From: a bacterium
GTDB lineage: Bacteria > Zhuqueibacterota > Zhuqueibacteria > Zhuqueibacterales > Zhuqueibacteraceae
DNA: 64,000 nucleotides
Reading direction: 5' to 3'
Assembly: GCA_044869275.1 (NCBI GenBank)
Contig: JBIOXB010000036.1
Location: 25,621-89,620, forward strand
This document shows positions 1 to 10,003 of the stretch, piece by piece (the first letter of the stretch is position 1; every line of letters starts with the position of its first letter). The translations under genes and the position numbers were made by a program. The notes beneath the pieces were generated by a model. It had not been told where the DNA came from, searched no databases, and saw only the letters and a list, made by a program, of their open reading frames with translations.

Positions 1-344
1 ATGATTTCACGCACTTCCTGGCGGGCTTGTGGAGAATGGATCGAATCCGAGGCCACGTAAATGCCCTTCCAGCCCACGGGCTCGCCGTCGGCGCTGGCGA
101 GAATGATGGGAAATTCCGTGCGCTTGATGATTTGCTCGAAGATGAAATTGAGCGAGCTGTCATCGGCTTCGTTGGCGGCGCGCGCGTAAAACTGCGCATA
201 GAACAGCAAGATATTACGCGCCTCCGCCCGCAAACCGGTAACGATTTGATGAGAATGCCACAACAACCCCAGAATGATGGCGACCGCCGTGACGAACAAA
301 AAAATTTTCAGGCGGCCAGCGTAACGATAGGGCAAGAATTTCAT
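1..344 (-). CDS. N-terminal part of a probable membrane sensor histidine kinase (runs off the window edge)
   Basis: My translation from ATG at 344 is open to base 1: MKFLPYRYAGRLKIFLFVTAVAIILGLLWHSHQIVTGLRAEARNILLFYAQFYARAANEADDSSLNFIFEQIIKRTEFPIILASADGEP... It has one TM helix then an extracytoplasmic segment resembling FCB-group kinases. The kinase domain is not visible. Confidence 0.55.
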   Translation of the reverse strand, partial: MKFLPYRYAGRLKIFLFVTAVAIILGLLWHSHQIVTGLRAEARNILLFYAQFYARAANEADDSSLNFIFEQIIKRTEFPIILASADGEPVGWKGIYVASDSIHSPQARQEVREI

Positions 345-350
345 GGGCGT

Positions 351-1175
351 TTATAAGGATACGCTTGCGCGCGACATTTCGTAACCCGCTTGCGTGATCT
401 CCTGGAGCAATGCGTGCACTTTGCCATTGCTGGCGAGAATATTGCCGCTGTGCCAAAAATCATCATCTGCGGAAAAACCCGTGACCAGCCCGCCGGCTTC
501 GTGCACCAGCAATACCCCGGCGGCAAAATCCCAAAGATTCAGATGATATTCCCAGAAGGCATCGAAACGGCCCGCGGCGACAAAGGCCAAGTCAAGACTG
601 GCAGCGCCCAACCGGCGCAGATCGCGCACGCGGCCGAAGAAGGATTTGAACATCCATGAATAAGCTTCGAGCAGAGTTTTCGCACGAAACGGAAAACCGG
701 TGCCGAGCAGGCATTGATCCAGTGCCGTGCTTGCCGTGACTTGAAGGCGCGTGCCGTTCAGAAACGTCCCGCCGTTGCAAGTGGCGGTATACAGCTCGCC
801 GCGCAGGGGATCGAGCACCACGCCGGCGACGATCTGCCCCTGTGCGCGCGCGGCAATGGACACGGCGAATTGCGGCACGCCGTGGATGAAGTTCGCCGTG
901 CCATCGAGCGGGTCGATGATCCATTGCACTTCGCTTTCATTTCCGCCCGAGGCGCCGCTCTCTTCCGCGAGAATGGCGTGCTGTGGGAAATGCCGGCGCA
1001 GGCAGGCGACGATGGCCGCTTCCGACTCGCGGTCCACGGCGGTGACGAAATCGAATTCTGCTTTGTGGTCCACTTGCAGCGTATGCCGCTGTGCGAACCT
1101 CTCGCGCAGAATCTTGCCGCCGATTTGTGCCGCTTCTATCGCCGCCGTGAGAAAGTCGTGATGTTTTGAGAGCAT
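351..1175 (-). CDS. suhB: inositol monophosphatase family protein
   Basis: DFVTAVD, WIIDPLDGTANF, GAASLDLAFVA and WDFAAG motifs. Start placed at ATG 1175 (MLSKHH) rather than 1238. Confidence 0.9.
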   Translation of the reverse strand: MLSKHHDFLTAAIEAAQIGGKILRERFAQRHTLQVDHKAEFDFVTAVDRESEAAIVACLRRHFPQHAILAEESGASGGNESEVQWIIDPLDGTANFIHGVPQFAVSIAARAQGQIVAGVVLDPLRGELYTATCNGGTFLNGTRLQVTASTALDQCLLGTGFPFRAKTLLEAYSWMFKSFFGRVRDLRRLGAASLDLAFVAAGRFDAFWEYHLNLWDFAAGVLLVHEAGGLVTGFSADDDFWHSGNILASNGKVHALLQEITQAGYEMSRASVSL

Positions 1176-1234
1176 GGTTTGATACTTTCGAACACGGATC
1201 TGCAACTTAAACAGGTTGCACACCTCACAACAGC

Positions 1235-1696
1235 TCATCCTCCATCATTCTGCAAGACCGGCGGATTGAAGATTTCCATCCAGATCTCGGGAGATTTTAT
1301 TTCAGCCCAGCCGAATTGCCGGTAAAATTCGTGCGCGTCACGCGTGGCCAAGCTCCAGCGCCGCAACCCTTGCAAGTCCGGATGAGACATAACCGCGGAA
1401 ATCAGCCATTTCCCCAAGCCCTTGCCTCGGCAACTCTCGTCGACGAAGACGTCACACAAATAAGCGAATGTGGCGCAATCGCTGATCACGCGAGCGAAAC
1501 CAATTTGCTGGTTGCCGGAATACAGGCCGAAGCAGATCGAACTTTTGAGGGAATGCTCGATCGTTTCACGCGTTCTGCCCTGGGCCCAATAGGCGCGCGC
1601 TAAAAAAGCCGACACCGCCTCTAGATCGAGGCGTGATTTATCCGTGCTGATCGTGTAGCCGCCCTGGCAGCATTCGTAGCTGTCCATTTGGCTCAC
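1235..1696 (-). CDS. GNAT N-acetyltransferase
   Basis: QIGFARVISD, AYLCDVFV, RGKGLGKWL acetyl-CoA motif, LATRDAHEFY. Overlaps the mutS2 stop by 4 bp. Confidence 0.9.
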   Translation of the reverse strand: MSQMDSYECCQGGYTISTDKSRLDLEAVSAFLARAYWAQGRTRETIEHSLKSSICFGLYSGNQQIGFARVISDCATFAYLCDVFVDESCRGKGLGKWLISAVMSHPDLQGLRRWSLATRDAHEFYRQFGWAEIKSPEIWMEIFNPPVLQNDGG

Positions 1697-4116
1697 CGCA
1701 GCTCGACCACGGTGACACCATAATCTCCTTCGCCCAGGGGCGCGTCACCGAAACGGCTGACGCCGGGATAGGTTTTGAGGTAGTCGGTAATGCCTTTGCG
1801 CAGCGCGCCCGTGCCTTTGCCGTGAATGAGGCGCACCTGTTGCCAGCCGGCGAGCAGGGCTTCATCCAAAAATTTGTCGACCGCGGCCACGGCTTCATCA
1901 TAGCGCATGCCGCGCAAGTCGATTTCCGGCTGAGTATTCGCGGCGGCGTGTGAAATTTTTGGAAGGGAAGAAGCGGGCTTATGCACCGGCGCGGCGGTGC
2001 CGCGCAGTTCTTCCTTGGGCACACGCGCGCGCAAAATACCGGCTCCGATCAGGACCTTGTTCGTGGCATCCGGAGGTTCCAAAACCGTGACCACGGAGTT
2101 TTGTGTCGACCACAACACTTGCGCGCCCGGCTGCAAATCGAGCGAAGTTCCGGATGCGGCGGGCGGCGCCGCAAGCAAATTTTCCTTTTCCGTCGCGACT
2201 TGCTCGCGCAGTGCCTGTACGTTTTCTTTCACTTCCCGAATCGCCTCACGCGAAGCGTTTTGCTCCCGCAATGTACGAATGGCATTCTCAATGGTGGCAT
2301 TGGCGTTGTGCAGCAGCGCTTCGGCTGCCGCCACGGCATCTTGTTTCAGCTTTTGTTCCTGCGCTTTGAAACGTGCGTAACGGTCTTCGTAGTGCTCGCG
2401 TTTCTCACGCAGCTGGCTTTCCTCTTCCTGCAAATTCGCAGTCAACTGTTTTTGGTGTGAAAGCTGCGCTTGCAGCTCCGCTAATAGAGCCTCGACGCTG
2501 CTCTTCTCGCTGCCGGTGAAGTCGCGCGCGGTTTCGATCAAACGATCTTCCAAACCCATGCGTGCGGCGATCTCGAAGGCGTAGCTCGCGCCGGGCAATC
2601 CCGCTCGAAATTTGTATGTGGGAGTCAATGACGCTTGATCGAAATCCATGGAACCGTTGCGCATGCCGGGCTCGGTCTGCGCGAAATGCTTCAACGCGCC
2701 GTGATGCGTCGTCGCCATCGTCAAGCAGTGGCGGTGGTGCAACTCTCTGAGAATCGCCATGGACAACGCCGCGCCCGCTTCAGGATCGGTGCCGACGCCG
2801 ATTTCATCCAATAACACCAAATCGCCGGGCTGGGCGCCGCGCAAGATCTCCACCAGCCGCGACATGTGCGAAGTGAAAGTCGAGAGATCGTCCTCGATCG
2901 ACTGCCGGTCGCCGATATCGACAAAGATATTCTTGAACAACGGCATCTCGCTGTCCGGCTCGGCAGGAATATGCAGGCCGCAGCGCACCATCAGGGCCAG
3001 CAAGCCCGCCGTTTTCAGCGCCACGGTTTTGCCGCCGGCATTGGGGCCGCTGATGATCAGGGTGTTGAACGTCAGGTTCTGCTGCGCCGCAGGCACGCCG
3101 AGCTCCAGATCGAGCGGTACGACGGTGGGACGCTCGCGCGGGCTTTCGACGCGCAGCAAGAGCAGAGGGTGCCGCGCGCCGATGAGCCTGAGCTGCGGTG
3201 CCGTCTGCAAAGCGGGCGCATGCGCGCCCCAGCGTTGCGAGGCCACGGTTTTGGCGTGAATCATGTCGATCTGAATCATGCGCTCGTGGTTGCCTTGCAG
3301 CGCGGGCAATACCCGGCGAAAGCGATTGGACAGCTCCAGCAAGATTCTCTCTATCTCTTCGCGCTCGGCGCTGTACAGTTGGCGGATGCGATTGTTGGCT
3401 GCCACGGATTCCATCGGTTCGATGAACACGGTTTTACCGCTGGCGGATTCATCGTGAATCAGTCCGGAAACGCGGCTGCGAAATTCATCTTTCAACATCA
3501 ACACCAGGCGGCCCTCGCGCAAGGTGATCATGTGCTCTTGCAACATCTCCCGCTCGGCCAGATTCTTGGCAATGCGCTGCAGCGTCTCGCGCGCTGCGGC
3601 AGTGGCGCGCGTGATTTCCTTGCGCAGCCGTTGCAGCGCCGGGCTGGCGGAATCCTTGACCGAGCCCTCAGTGAAGCTGAGTGCCGCTTCGACCGCGTGT
3701 TCCTCGGCCGGCAAATTCAAAATGCCCTGCGCGATCGCCTGCAACAGCGGCACGCGCTCGCGGTGCGCCATCAGAAAGCCGCGCACGCGCCGGGCTGAAG
3801 CCAAAAAAATTGCCAAGTCGATCAACTCGCGCGGTTCCAACGCGCGGCCCTCGAGCTGAAGTTGTTCCAGGGCCGAACGAAGATCAGGGAAAGAGGAGAT
3901 GGGCAGATTTTCGCCGGCGTCGAGCAAACCGCGCATTTCGGTGATTTCGTCGAGACGGGTTTGCGCTTCGGCAAGGGTAGGCAACGGAGATAATTGCAGC
4001 AAACGCTCGGCGCCCGGAGCGGAATGCGCATAAGCCGCCAACTGCTGGAGAATCTTGGCAAGTTCTAAAGCGTGCGCGGCGGAAGCGAAGCTGTCATGTG
4101 CAGGCCCAGCCGTCAT
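1693..4116 (-). CDS. mutS2: endonuclease MutS2
   Basis: SGPNAGGKT Walker A, DIGDRQSIEDDLSTFTSH, LLDEIGVGTDP, TTHH, coiled coil, C-terminal Smr domain (IDLRG...IHGKGTGALR). Confidence 0.96.
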   Translation of the reverse strand: MTAGPAHDSFASAAHALELAKILQQLAAYAHSAPGAERLLQLSPLPTLAEAQTRLDEITEMRGLLDAGENLPISSFPDLRSALEQLQLEGRALEPRELIDLAIFLASARRVRGFLMAHRERVPLLQAIAQGILNLPAEEHAVEAALSFTEGSVKDSASPALQRLRKEITRATAAARETLQRIAKNLAEREMLQEHMITLREGRLVLMLKDEFRSRVSGLIHDESASGKTVFIEPMESVAANNRIRQLYSAEREEIERILLELSNRFRRVLPALQGNHERMIQIDMIHAKTVASQRWGAHAPALQTAPQLRLIGARHPLLLLRVESPRERPTVVPLDLELGVPAAQQNLTFNTLIISGPNAGGKTVALKTAGLLALMVRCGLHIPAEPDSEMPLFKNIFVDIGDRQSIEDDLSTFTSHMSRLVEILRGAQPGDLVLLDEIGVGTDPEAGAALSMAILRELHHRHCLTMATTHHGALKHFAQTEPGMRNGSMDFDQASLTPTYKFRAGLPGASYAFEIAARMGLEDRLIETARDFTGSEKSSVEALLAELQAQLSHQKQLTANLQEEESQLREKREHYEDRYARFKAQEQKLKQDAVAAAEALLHNANATIENAIRTLREQNASREAIREVKENVQALREQVATEKENLLAAPPAASGTSLDLQPGAQVLWSTQNSVVTVLEPPDATNKVLIGAGILRARVPKEELRGTAAPVHKPASSLPKISHAAANTQPEIDLRGMRYDEAVAAVDKFLDEALLAGWQQVRLIHGKGTGALRKGITDYLKTYPGVSRFGDAPLGEGDYGVTVVELR

Positions 4117-4742
4117 GGGTACATTTCTTCAAGCTGCTCGGGCGTGAGCGTGCACACGCCCAGTCTTTGCCAAAGCAGAAGGATTCGGTCTTCCGGCCCG
4201 CCAACGCCGCGCAGCGCGGTGATGATGTTTTGTTCGAAGGTGGGTGTGACCGGGATCAATCTGCGCACGTAATTGTACTGCAGCGGCAAAAAGCATCTCA
4301 CCTGCCGGTACAGCAGGCTGTAGGTTTCGGTGTAGGTCACGGTTTGCGTCAAGGGCAGGATGGAAAAGCCCAGCGCCAACAGGCTCACGAGCAAGAACCC
4401 GCGATACGCTCCCAGCAAGGCGCCGGCGATGCGATCGAACCACTCCACCACCTGCATTTTGATGAGATTGTGAATCCATTGCGCGAAAAACACCCACAAC
4501 AGCGTGAGCAGACCAAAGAGAAACGCCGCGCCGAACAGCAAGCTCATGTCCGGAGGCAATTGCAGCACAAACCCGAAAAAGCCCACGGTGTAGCGCATCA
4601 ACAGCAGCATCAACCCCAGCGCAAAATGGAAACCCATGAGCCTGAGCAGACTGTCATAGAAACCACTGCGATAACCGACGTAGCTGAAGAGAAAGATGAA
4701 AGTGATGATGGTAACATCGGCAAAGGTGATTACGAGGGACAT
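4113..4742 (-). CDS. cvpA: CvpA family (colicin V production) membrane protein
   Basis: Four hydrophobic segments, GYRSGF and DRIAGALLG motifs. Sits in the usual yqeY-cvpA-mutS2 context. Confidence 0.8.
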   Translation of the reverse strand: MSLVITFADVTIITFIFLFSYVGYRSGFYDSLLRLMGFHFALGLMLLLMRYTVGFFGFVLQLPPDMSLLFGAAFLFGLLTLLWVFFAQWIHNLIKMQVVEWFDRIAGALLGAYRGFLLVSLLALGFSILPLTQTVTYTETYSLLYRQVRCFLPLQYNYVRRLIPVTPTFEQNIITALRGVGGPEDRILLLWQRLGVCTLTPEQLEEMYP

Positions 4743-4763
4743 GCGGGGGTTATCCTCTCGGCT

Positions 4764-5207
4764 TCATCCCAAACGTTCGCGCACGAGTTGCTGCACCATC
4801 TTGCCGTCCGCGCGGCCTTTGATTTGCGGCATGATTTTGCCCATGACTTTGCCGAGGTCGCTGGCGCTTTTCGCGCCGGTTTCTTGCAGTGCCGCCATCA
4901 CGATCGCCTCGATCTCCGCGGGCGACAGGGCTTGGGGTAAATAAGAGGAAAGCACCTCCAGCTCGGCGGCCTCCTTTTCCGCCAAGTCAGCACGGTCGGC
5001 GTTGCGATAGGCTGCGATGGCTTCGCGGCGCTTCTTGGCCGCGCTCAGCAAGACTTCCATCTCTTCTTCCGGGCTGGGCGCGTGCTGTTTGTTGATCTGA
5101 AAATCTTTCAATTGGCCGCGCAGCAGGCGTATGGTTTCCGTGCGAACCTTGTCGCCACTTTTCATTGCCGCCTTTAAATCATCGTTGAGCTTGTCCAACA
5201 GGGCCAT
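4764..5207 (-). CDS. yqeY: GatB/YqeY domain protein
   Basis: MALLDKLNDDLKAAMKSGD...YLPQALS...DLGKVMG...GRADGK. GGAGG RBS lies upstream of ATG 5207. Confidence 0.93.
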   Translation of the reverse strand: MALLDKLNDDLKAAMKSGDKVRTETIRLLRGQLKDFQINKQHAPSPEEEMEVLLSAAKKRREAIAAYRNADRADLAEKEAAELEVLSSYLPQALSPAEIEAIVMAALQETGAKSASDLGKVMGKIMPQIKGRADGKMVQQLVRERLG

Positions 5208-5262
5208 GAGTTTTTCCTCCACTCGCGCGGGAATGAAACGGGGATGTGTTTGCTGCGAAAGC

Positions 5263-5463
5263 TTATTGGTTTTCCAGCAACTGCATGCGGCGTTGCTTGC
5301 GCTGCGCGAGCTTGAGCTTGCGTTTTTTCTTCTCGCTGGGCTTTTCAAAGTGTTTGCGTTTTCTCAGCTCCGACATGAGCCCTGCTTTTTCACATGCTTT
5401 GGTGAAGCGCCGCAGCGCTTTTTCGAAGCTTTCATGATCGCGCACTTTGATACCGGTAGGCAT
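5263..5463 (-). CDS. rpsU: 30S ribosomal protein S21
   Basis: [33 protein letters not shown]. Confidence 0.96.
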   Translation of the reverse strand: MPTGIKVRDHESFEKALRRFTKACEKAGLMSELRKRKHFEKPSEKKKRKLKLAQRKQRRMQLLENQ

Positions 5464-5523
5464 AACGGCTTCAAACCTCTTGATAAGTTGTGAGTAATGG
5501 TAAAAAATACTGTTTCAAAAAGA

Positions 5524-5601
5524 ACCGCAGAGAACGCGAAGCTCGAAGAGCAATTCCCAAAGTCGAACCGTCATGCTCTTGTGGTTGGCGCACTCTGCGG
5601 T
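5524..5601. repeat. nested inverted repeat upstream of rpsU
   Basis: ACCGCAGAG (5524-5532) / CTCTGCGGT (5593-5601) enclosing AAGAGCA / TGCTCTT. Confidence 0.5.
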
Positions 5602-5687
5602 CTTCACCAGTTCTCGGGGCTTTCAGGAATCATAAGCGGGAAAATTAAACAAGAATACCCCAGATAAGCAAGAACTTTTTCCGCCAT

Positions 5688-6431
5688 TTAACCTAATTGT
5701 CCAAATGCAGTGAAAGTTTTGATGATGGCTGCCAGCGCGGCGGTGTCAGCACGCAGCCGGCGCGGGCCCAGGCTGAACATGTGGCATCCCTTTTGTGTTG
5801 CCAATTGAACTTCACGCTCTGTGAAGCCGCCTTCCGGACCAATAATCAGAAGAATTTTGCGTGGGGGAGAGCCCTCGGCAAAATATCGCAGCGGATCACC
5901 GCTGCCTTCATGCGCCAGCAGGCAAAAGTCATATTCGCGGGCCACCTCGCAGGTTTCCACAAAAGACCGCGGCTCGCCGATTTCAGGCCAGACGGAACGG
6001 CAGCATTGTTTCATGGCGGCCAAAGCCAGACGCCGCCAGCGTTCCACCTTCGCCGCCTTCGCTTCGACCTCGGTGCGTTCCGTCAGCATGGGAATAATTT
6101 CAGCCACGCCCAATTCCGTGGCTTTTTCCACGATCCAGTCGAAACGATTTCCTTTGGGCACGGCTGGCGCCAGGGTGAGGTGGGTAAAAGATTCGCCGTA
6201 GCGCCGCATTTTCTTGATCACGCGCGCGATGGTCTTTTCACGCTGGAGAGAGATAATTTCCGCGTCCGCCGCGAGACCGGCGCCATCCACGACGATAATG
6301 CGCTCGCCCACGCGATGATGCAGCACGCGCGACAAATGGCGATGCTCTTCGCCGGTCAAAAAGATTTCTTCGTTTTGAAATTGTTCGGGTGGAGCGTAAA
6401 AGACTTCGCGGCGGGACATACTATTGGCCAC
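5688..6431 (-). CDS. rsmE: 16S rRNA m3U1498 methyltransferase
   Basis: HLSRVL, VEKATELGV, IIGPEGGF, LGPRRLRADTA. Confidence 0.95.
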   Translation of the reverse strand: MANSMSRREVFYAPPEQFQNEEIFLTGEEHRHLSRVLHHRVGERIIVVDGAGLAADAEIISLQREKTIARVIKKMRRYGESFTHLTLAPAVPKGNRFDWIVEKATELGVAEIIPMLTERTEVEAKAAKVERWRRLALAAMKQCCRSVWPEIGEPRSFVETCEVAREYDFCLLAHEGSGDPLRYFAEGSPPRKILLIIGPEGGFTEREVQLATQKGCHMFSLGPRRLRADTAALAAIIKTFTAFGQLG

Positions 6432-6485
6432 CGAATTTCACGGAAACAGGGCAAAAAAGCCGACATACAAGATAGGCACGTGCTC

Positions 6486-6809
6486 TTAGACCACGGGTTG
6501 AGGCATCGTTTCCATCATATTCGGCGCAGACATAATGGTAATATGATAGCCGTAAACCATCAAAATGTCGGTCGAAATCTGACTAGCTAATTCCTGTATG
6601 GCGATTTCGCGGTCTTCGTCGCCCGGCATGATCACATTGACCCAGAATTGATCGGTGCTTTCCATGCTCTCCGTGATGCTGACCAATTCAAGCTCTGGAA
6701 ACTGCTGCTTCAGCTTGTTGAAAAGCATCAAACCAAGTTCGCGTTCTTTGAAGTTCACTTGCACGGCTTGAATATTTCTTTTGGCTTTGGCGAGAAAAAT
6801 GATCTGCAT
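6486..6809 (-). CDS. small hypothetical protein
   Basis: 107-aa ORF (MQIIFLAKAK...) with a purine-rich RBS. It fills the gap between rsmE and the Omp85 gene. No family recognised. Confidence 0.6.
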   Translation of the reverse strand: MQIIFLAKAKRNIQAVQVNFKERELGLMLFNKLKQQFPELELVSITESMESTDQFWVNVIMPGDEDREIAIQELASQISTDILMVYGYHITIMSAPNMMETMPQPVV

Positions 6810-6966
6810 TTCTGCCCCCCCTTCGCATGTCAAAGTACGGCATGACGACCTAAAGCGCAAGAAGAGTTTTCATCCGGGTGACACAATGATTTGTCAAGCG
6901 TATAGTCAAGTGACTATTCCGTTGGTGTGACAAAAGTAAAGCGCACTGATTTTTTGGAAGTGAATG

Positions 6967-7001
6967 CAATTCTCAATTGATAATTGCCAATTGATAATTG
7001 G
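6967..7001. repeat. heptamer tandem repeat
   Basis: CAATTCT CAATTGA TAATTGC CAATTGA TAATTGG. Confidence 0.7.
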
Positions 7002-7008
7002 CGTGTTC

Positions 7009-8382
7009 TCAAAACGCCACACCCATGTCGAAAATCCCCTGCAACCTGCCCTTGTCATCGCTGGCCACTTCCAGCCGCACCAGGCCGAGGACGGGCACAT
7101 GAAAATGCAAGCCGGCGCCGAAGCCGCTGAGGCCGGTTTTCAAATCGGGAATCTCGTTCTTCGACCACGCGATGCCGTAATCATAAAAGAGCGCGAGGTT
7201 CATCCCGAATTTGACGTTGCTCATATAGGGCAGCAAGAAACCCGGCACCGTTTGCCGCAGCAGGCTGCTATTTGCCGCGCTGAGATAGCGCATGGGCAGA
7301 AGCGGCAACCGCGCTTCCACGCTGCCGAGCGCCACATGCCGGCCTGAAACGCGATCGAAGAACCGGCCGCGCACGCGATTCGAGTAACCCAAATACACCA
7401 AATCATAAACCGGAATTTTGTTGCGGCCGAGGTCGGCCATGCCGTAGGCCGCCAGGGTCAAGTGTGTGTTGATTTTTTGATAGCGCCGCACATCCACGCC
7501 GTAACGCTGATAGTTGATTTTTTCCTGCTTGAAACCCACGCGGCGAGCGGACAGCCGCACGTACGTGCCTTCCAAGGGATATTCGTAAAAGTCGCGCGCA
7601 TCGTACGTGTAGGTCAATCCGAGGGAAGGCAGCTCATCCTTGCCGGAGCGGTTGAGCGTTTGTCCGGAGACGTAGGGATCCATCTCCAACTCGGAATAAC
7701 CCAGGTTCACGCTGAGGTAGTTGAAATACCCGAAGCGCCGGCCCAAGGAGAAACTGCCGCCGATGCGTTTCTCAGTGACTTCCTGTTGATTCTGTTCAAA
7801 GAAGCGGTTTTGTGTGCGCGAGCTGAAGAAACGCCAGCGCCCGAACAAATTGGCTTTGCCGAACATCCAGGGGTTGGCGTAATCGAGCTGTACGGAGGGG
7901 TTGTAGCCGGCCCAGCCCGAGGCGGAGATGGTTTCATTACGGCCGCGAAAGTTCAGGTGCAAGAGTCCCGCGCCATAGGAAAGCTTGTTCCAATTCCACT
8001 CGCGATCGTTTAAAAAGACGATGGGATAGGGATAAAGAAACCAGCTTTCGAAAACCGTGACAATGATCTCCACACCGGTGGCGGCGCGATAGCCTTCAAT
8101 GTCGACACGGCTGAAAATGCCGAGATTCAGAATGCGCTTGCGGTCGCGCGCCAAAACTTCAGAGTCGGCAATGGCGCCGACCTTGGATTGCATCTCGCGC
8201 AGAATTACGTGCGGTTTGGTGCGGCGGTTGCCCGCAATAATAATTGCGCAGATGCGCGATGGGGAGGAAGCGGAGGAGACTGCCGTCGAATCACTCGCGG
8301 TTGGCGCTTCCTGCGGCCACGCTGTGCCGGCGAGCCCAGGCACGAGCGCAAAAAACAAAATCCAGGTGATCGCTTTCATCAT
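7009..8382 (-). CDS. BamA/TamA (Omp85) family outer membrane protein with one POTRA domain
   Basis: Signal peptide, GNRRTKPHVILRE...NLGIF POTRA, RVRG lid-like motif, beta-strand pattern, C-terminal Phe. Confidence 0.85.
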   Translation of the reverse strand: MMKAITWILFFALVPGLAGTAWPQEAPTASDSTAVSSASSPSRICAIIIAGNRRTKPHVILREMQSKVGAIADSEVLARDRKRILNLGIFSRVDIEGYRAATGVEIIVTVFESWFLYPYPIVFLNDREWNWNKLSYGAGLLHLNFRGRNETISASGWAGYNPSVQLDYANPWMFGKANLFGRWRFFSSRTQNRFFEQNQQEVTEKRIGGSFSLGRRFGYFNYLSVNLGYSELEMDPYVSGQTLNRSGKDELPSLGLTYTYDARDFYEYPLEGTYVRLSARRVGFKQEKINYQRYGVDVRRYQKINTHLTLAAYGMADLGRNKIPVYDLVYLGYSNRVRGRFFDRVSGRHVALGSVEARLPLLPMRYLSAANSSLLRQTVPGFLLPYMSNVKFGMNLALFYDYGIAWSKNEIPDLKTGLSGFGAGLHFHVPVLGLVRLEVASDDKGRLQGIFDMGVAF

Positions 8383-8398
8383 CCACTACGAGGTTAGC

Positions 8399-9622
8399 TC
8401 AAAACTTATCAAGAATCCGGAATGTGATCCGCCATTTGTCGTCGCCGCGGTCCAGACGGCTGGCGAAATCGACGCGCATCAGATTTTCGGCAAAATAAAT
8501 CGAAAAACCCGCGTCGCTGCGCAAATCATTCAACTGGAAACTGCCGAAATCAAACAGGCTGGCATCAGGATTTTGTGGATCGGCGAACCAGGCATAGCCG
8601 GTCTCGGCGAAAACACCCACGGAAATCGATTCCCAGAAAGGCAGAATATTCAAAGGCACGTGATGCAGCCATTGCTGGCCGATGACGTAATTCGCACTCA
8701 AATACAGCAAACGGTCGCCCACAAATTCTTTTTCGCGATAGCCGCGCAAATTGCCCAAGCCGCCGAGCGGCAGCAAGTGTTGAAATCCGCGGCTGCCGGA
8801 GCGCGATCCCGCCAGCAATTTGATTTGAAACTTTTGATCGCCGAAAGTGGGCTGGTAGCGCTTGAGCGTCAGCAGCAGCGCTTCGGTTTCGAAATCTTGC
8901 TGTGTGACTTCGAACTGCGCGTCGGCGTACCAGCCGGAAAGCGGAAAGACGGGATTGTCACGGCCATCGAGCACGGTGGAGAGGCGCACCGACAATTCTT
9001 CGCCGGGCAATACCGGCTGGCTCGTGCGCACGTTGGGGGGATATTTCTTGTCCCGCCCGAACACGCTCCACTCGGAATTCTTTTGCAGCACTTCGTAGCG
9101 ATGACCGCTGACCTCCAGCCGCAAGGAATGCGTTTGCTGGAAACGGTAATCGAGATAACCGCGCGCGCCGCGGCGCTCGAAATAATCCATGAAATCTTCG
9201 TGCAGAAAAATGCCGGCGAGGGTGTTCTCCAGCGCGCTGATCAGCCAGCGATCGTTGCTCTCGACTTTGTTGAAATAATCGGCGCCCACGGCGAACTGCT
9301 GTGGCAGGAAGAATATTTTTTGCACGCCGGTTTGCCAGCGCCAGCGGCGCCCGTCTTCATTCTTGAAGCCGTAGCCCGCGTCGCCGTACAGCGTGAAGCC
9401 TTCCCATTTCTGCGGGTGAAGTTTGACGCCGAGATTGAGTTGCAGCGCTTCGACGCGGTTGAAGTGCGTATTCGTGTAAAACGAAAAATTACGGCCACGC
9501 TGAAAAAATTGGTTTTCGCTCACGCGCTCGATCTTGAATTGCGCCCCGAGGGGCAAGGCAAAAAACAAAAGACAAAAAGCAAAAAAGAAATAACCATGGA
9601 CCGATGGCAAACTTTTACGCAT
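8399..9622 (-). CDS. Omp85-family beta-barrel outer membrane protein (no clear POTRA)
   Basis: Signal peptide, FNRVEAL, DGRDNPVFPLSGWY, LGGLGNLRGY, C-terminal Phe. Confidence 0.75.
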   Translation of the reverse strand: MRKSLPSVHGYFFFAFCLLFFALPLGAQFKIERVSENQFFQRGRNFSFYTNTHFNRVEALQLNLGVKLHPQKWEGFTLYGDAGYGFKNEDGRRWRWQTGVQKIFFLPQQFAVGADYFNKVESNDRWLISALENTLAGIFLHEDFMDYFERRGARGYLDYRFQQTHSLRLEVSGHRYEVLQKNSEWSVFGRDKKYPPNVRTSQPVLPGEELSVRLSTVLDGRDNPVFPLSGWYADAQFEVTQQDFETEALLLTLKRYQPTFGDQKFQIKLLAGSRSGSRGFQHLLPLGGLGNLRGYREKEFVGDRLLYLSANYVIGQQWLHHVPLNILPFWESISVGVFAETGYAWFADPQNPDASLFDFGSFQLNDLRSDAGFSIYFAENLMRVDFASRLDRGDDKWRITFRILDKF

Positions 9623-10003
9623 GCAAAACCCCTGTGCAAGTCATCCTCATGTTGCCTCAGATTTTGGAAAAAGAAAAAGCGGGTCAAACAGATTCAACGG
9701 AGGAACCTCGTTGTGCCAGCAGCAATAGAAACTTGATCCGTTTGATCTGCTCCACCCGCTTGCGTGATGGGATTGAACAATAGCATGTCCTCATGAAATC
9801 ATTCACGCAAAGTAGCAAAAGGAGCGGGAAATATGCAAGCGATCTTTTGAGAGAATAAGGGCGGGACACACACGCGCCAGCCGTGCCCGGGGAGATGGAC
9901 CCCCCAACGCCGATCGCAGGCGGTAACGGAAGCGAAGGTGACCACGCCGCCCAGCACGAGCGCGGACACCGGCGCGACCGGGGTCAAAATGTGCGCCGGG
10001 CGT

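Noticed and set aside
8099..9736. 545-aa plus-strand ORF
   Set aside because: Antisense shadow of the Omp85 genes, with no recognisable motifs.
9850..10000. Possible SRP RNA or riboswitch (CAGGCGGTAACGGAAGC)
   Set aside because: It lacks the SRP helix-8 GNRA stem and AGCAG geometry, and matches no riboswitch consensus I can recognise.
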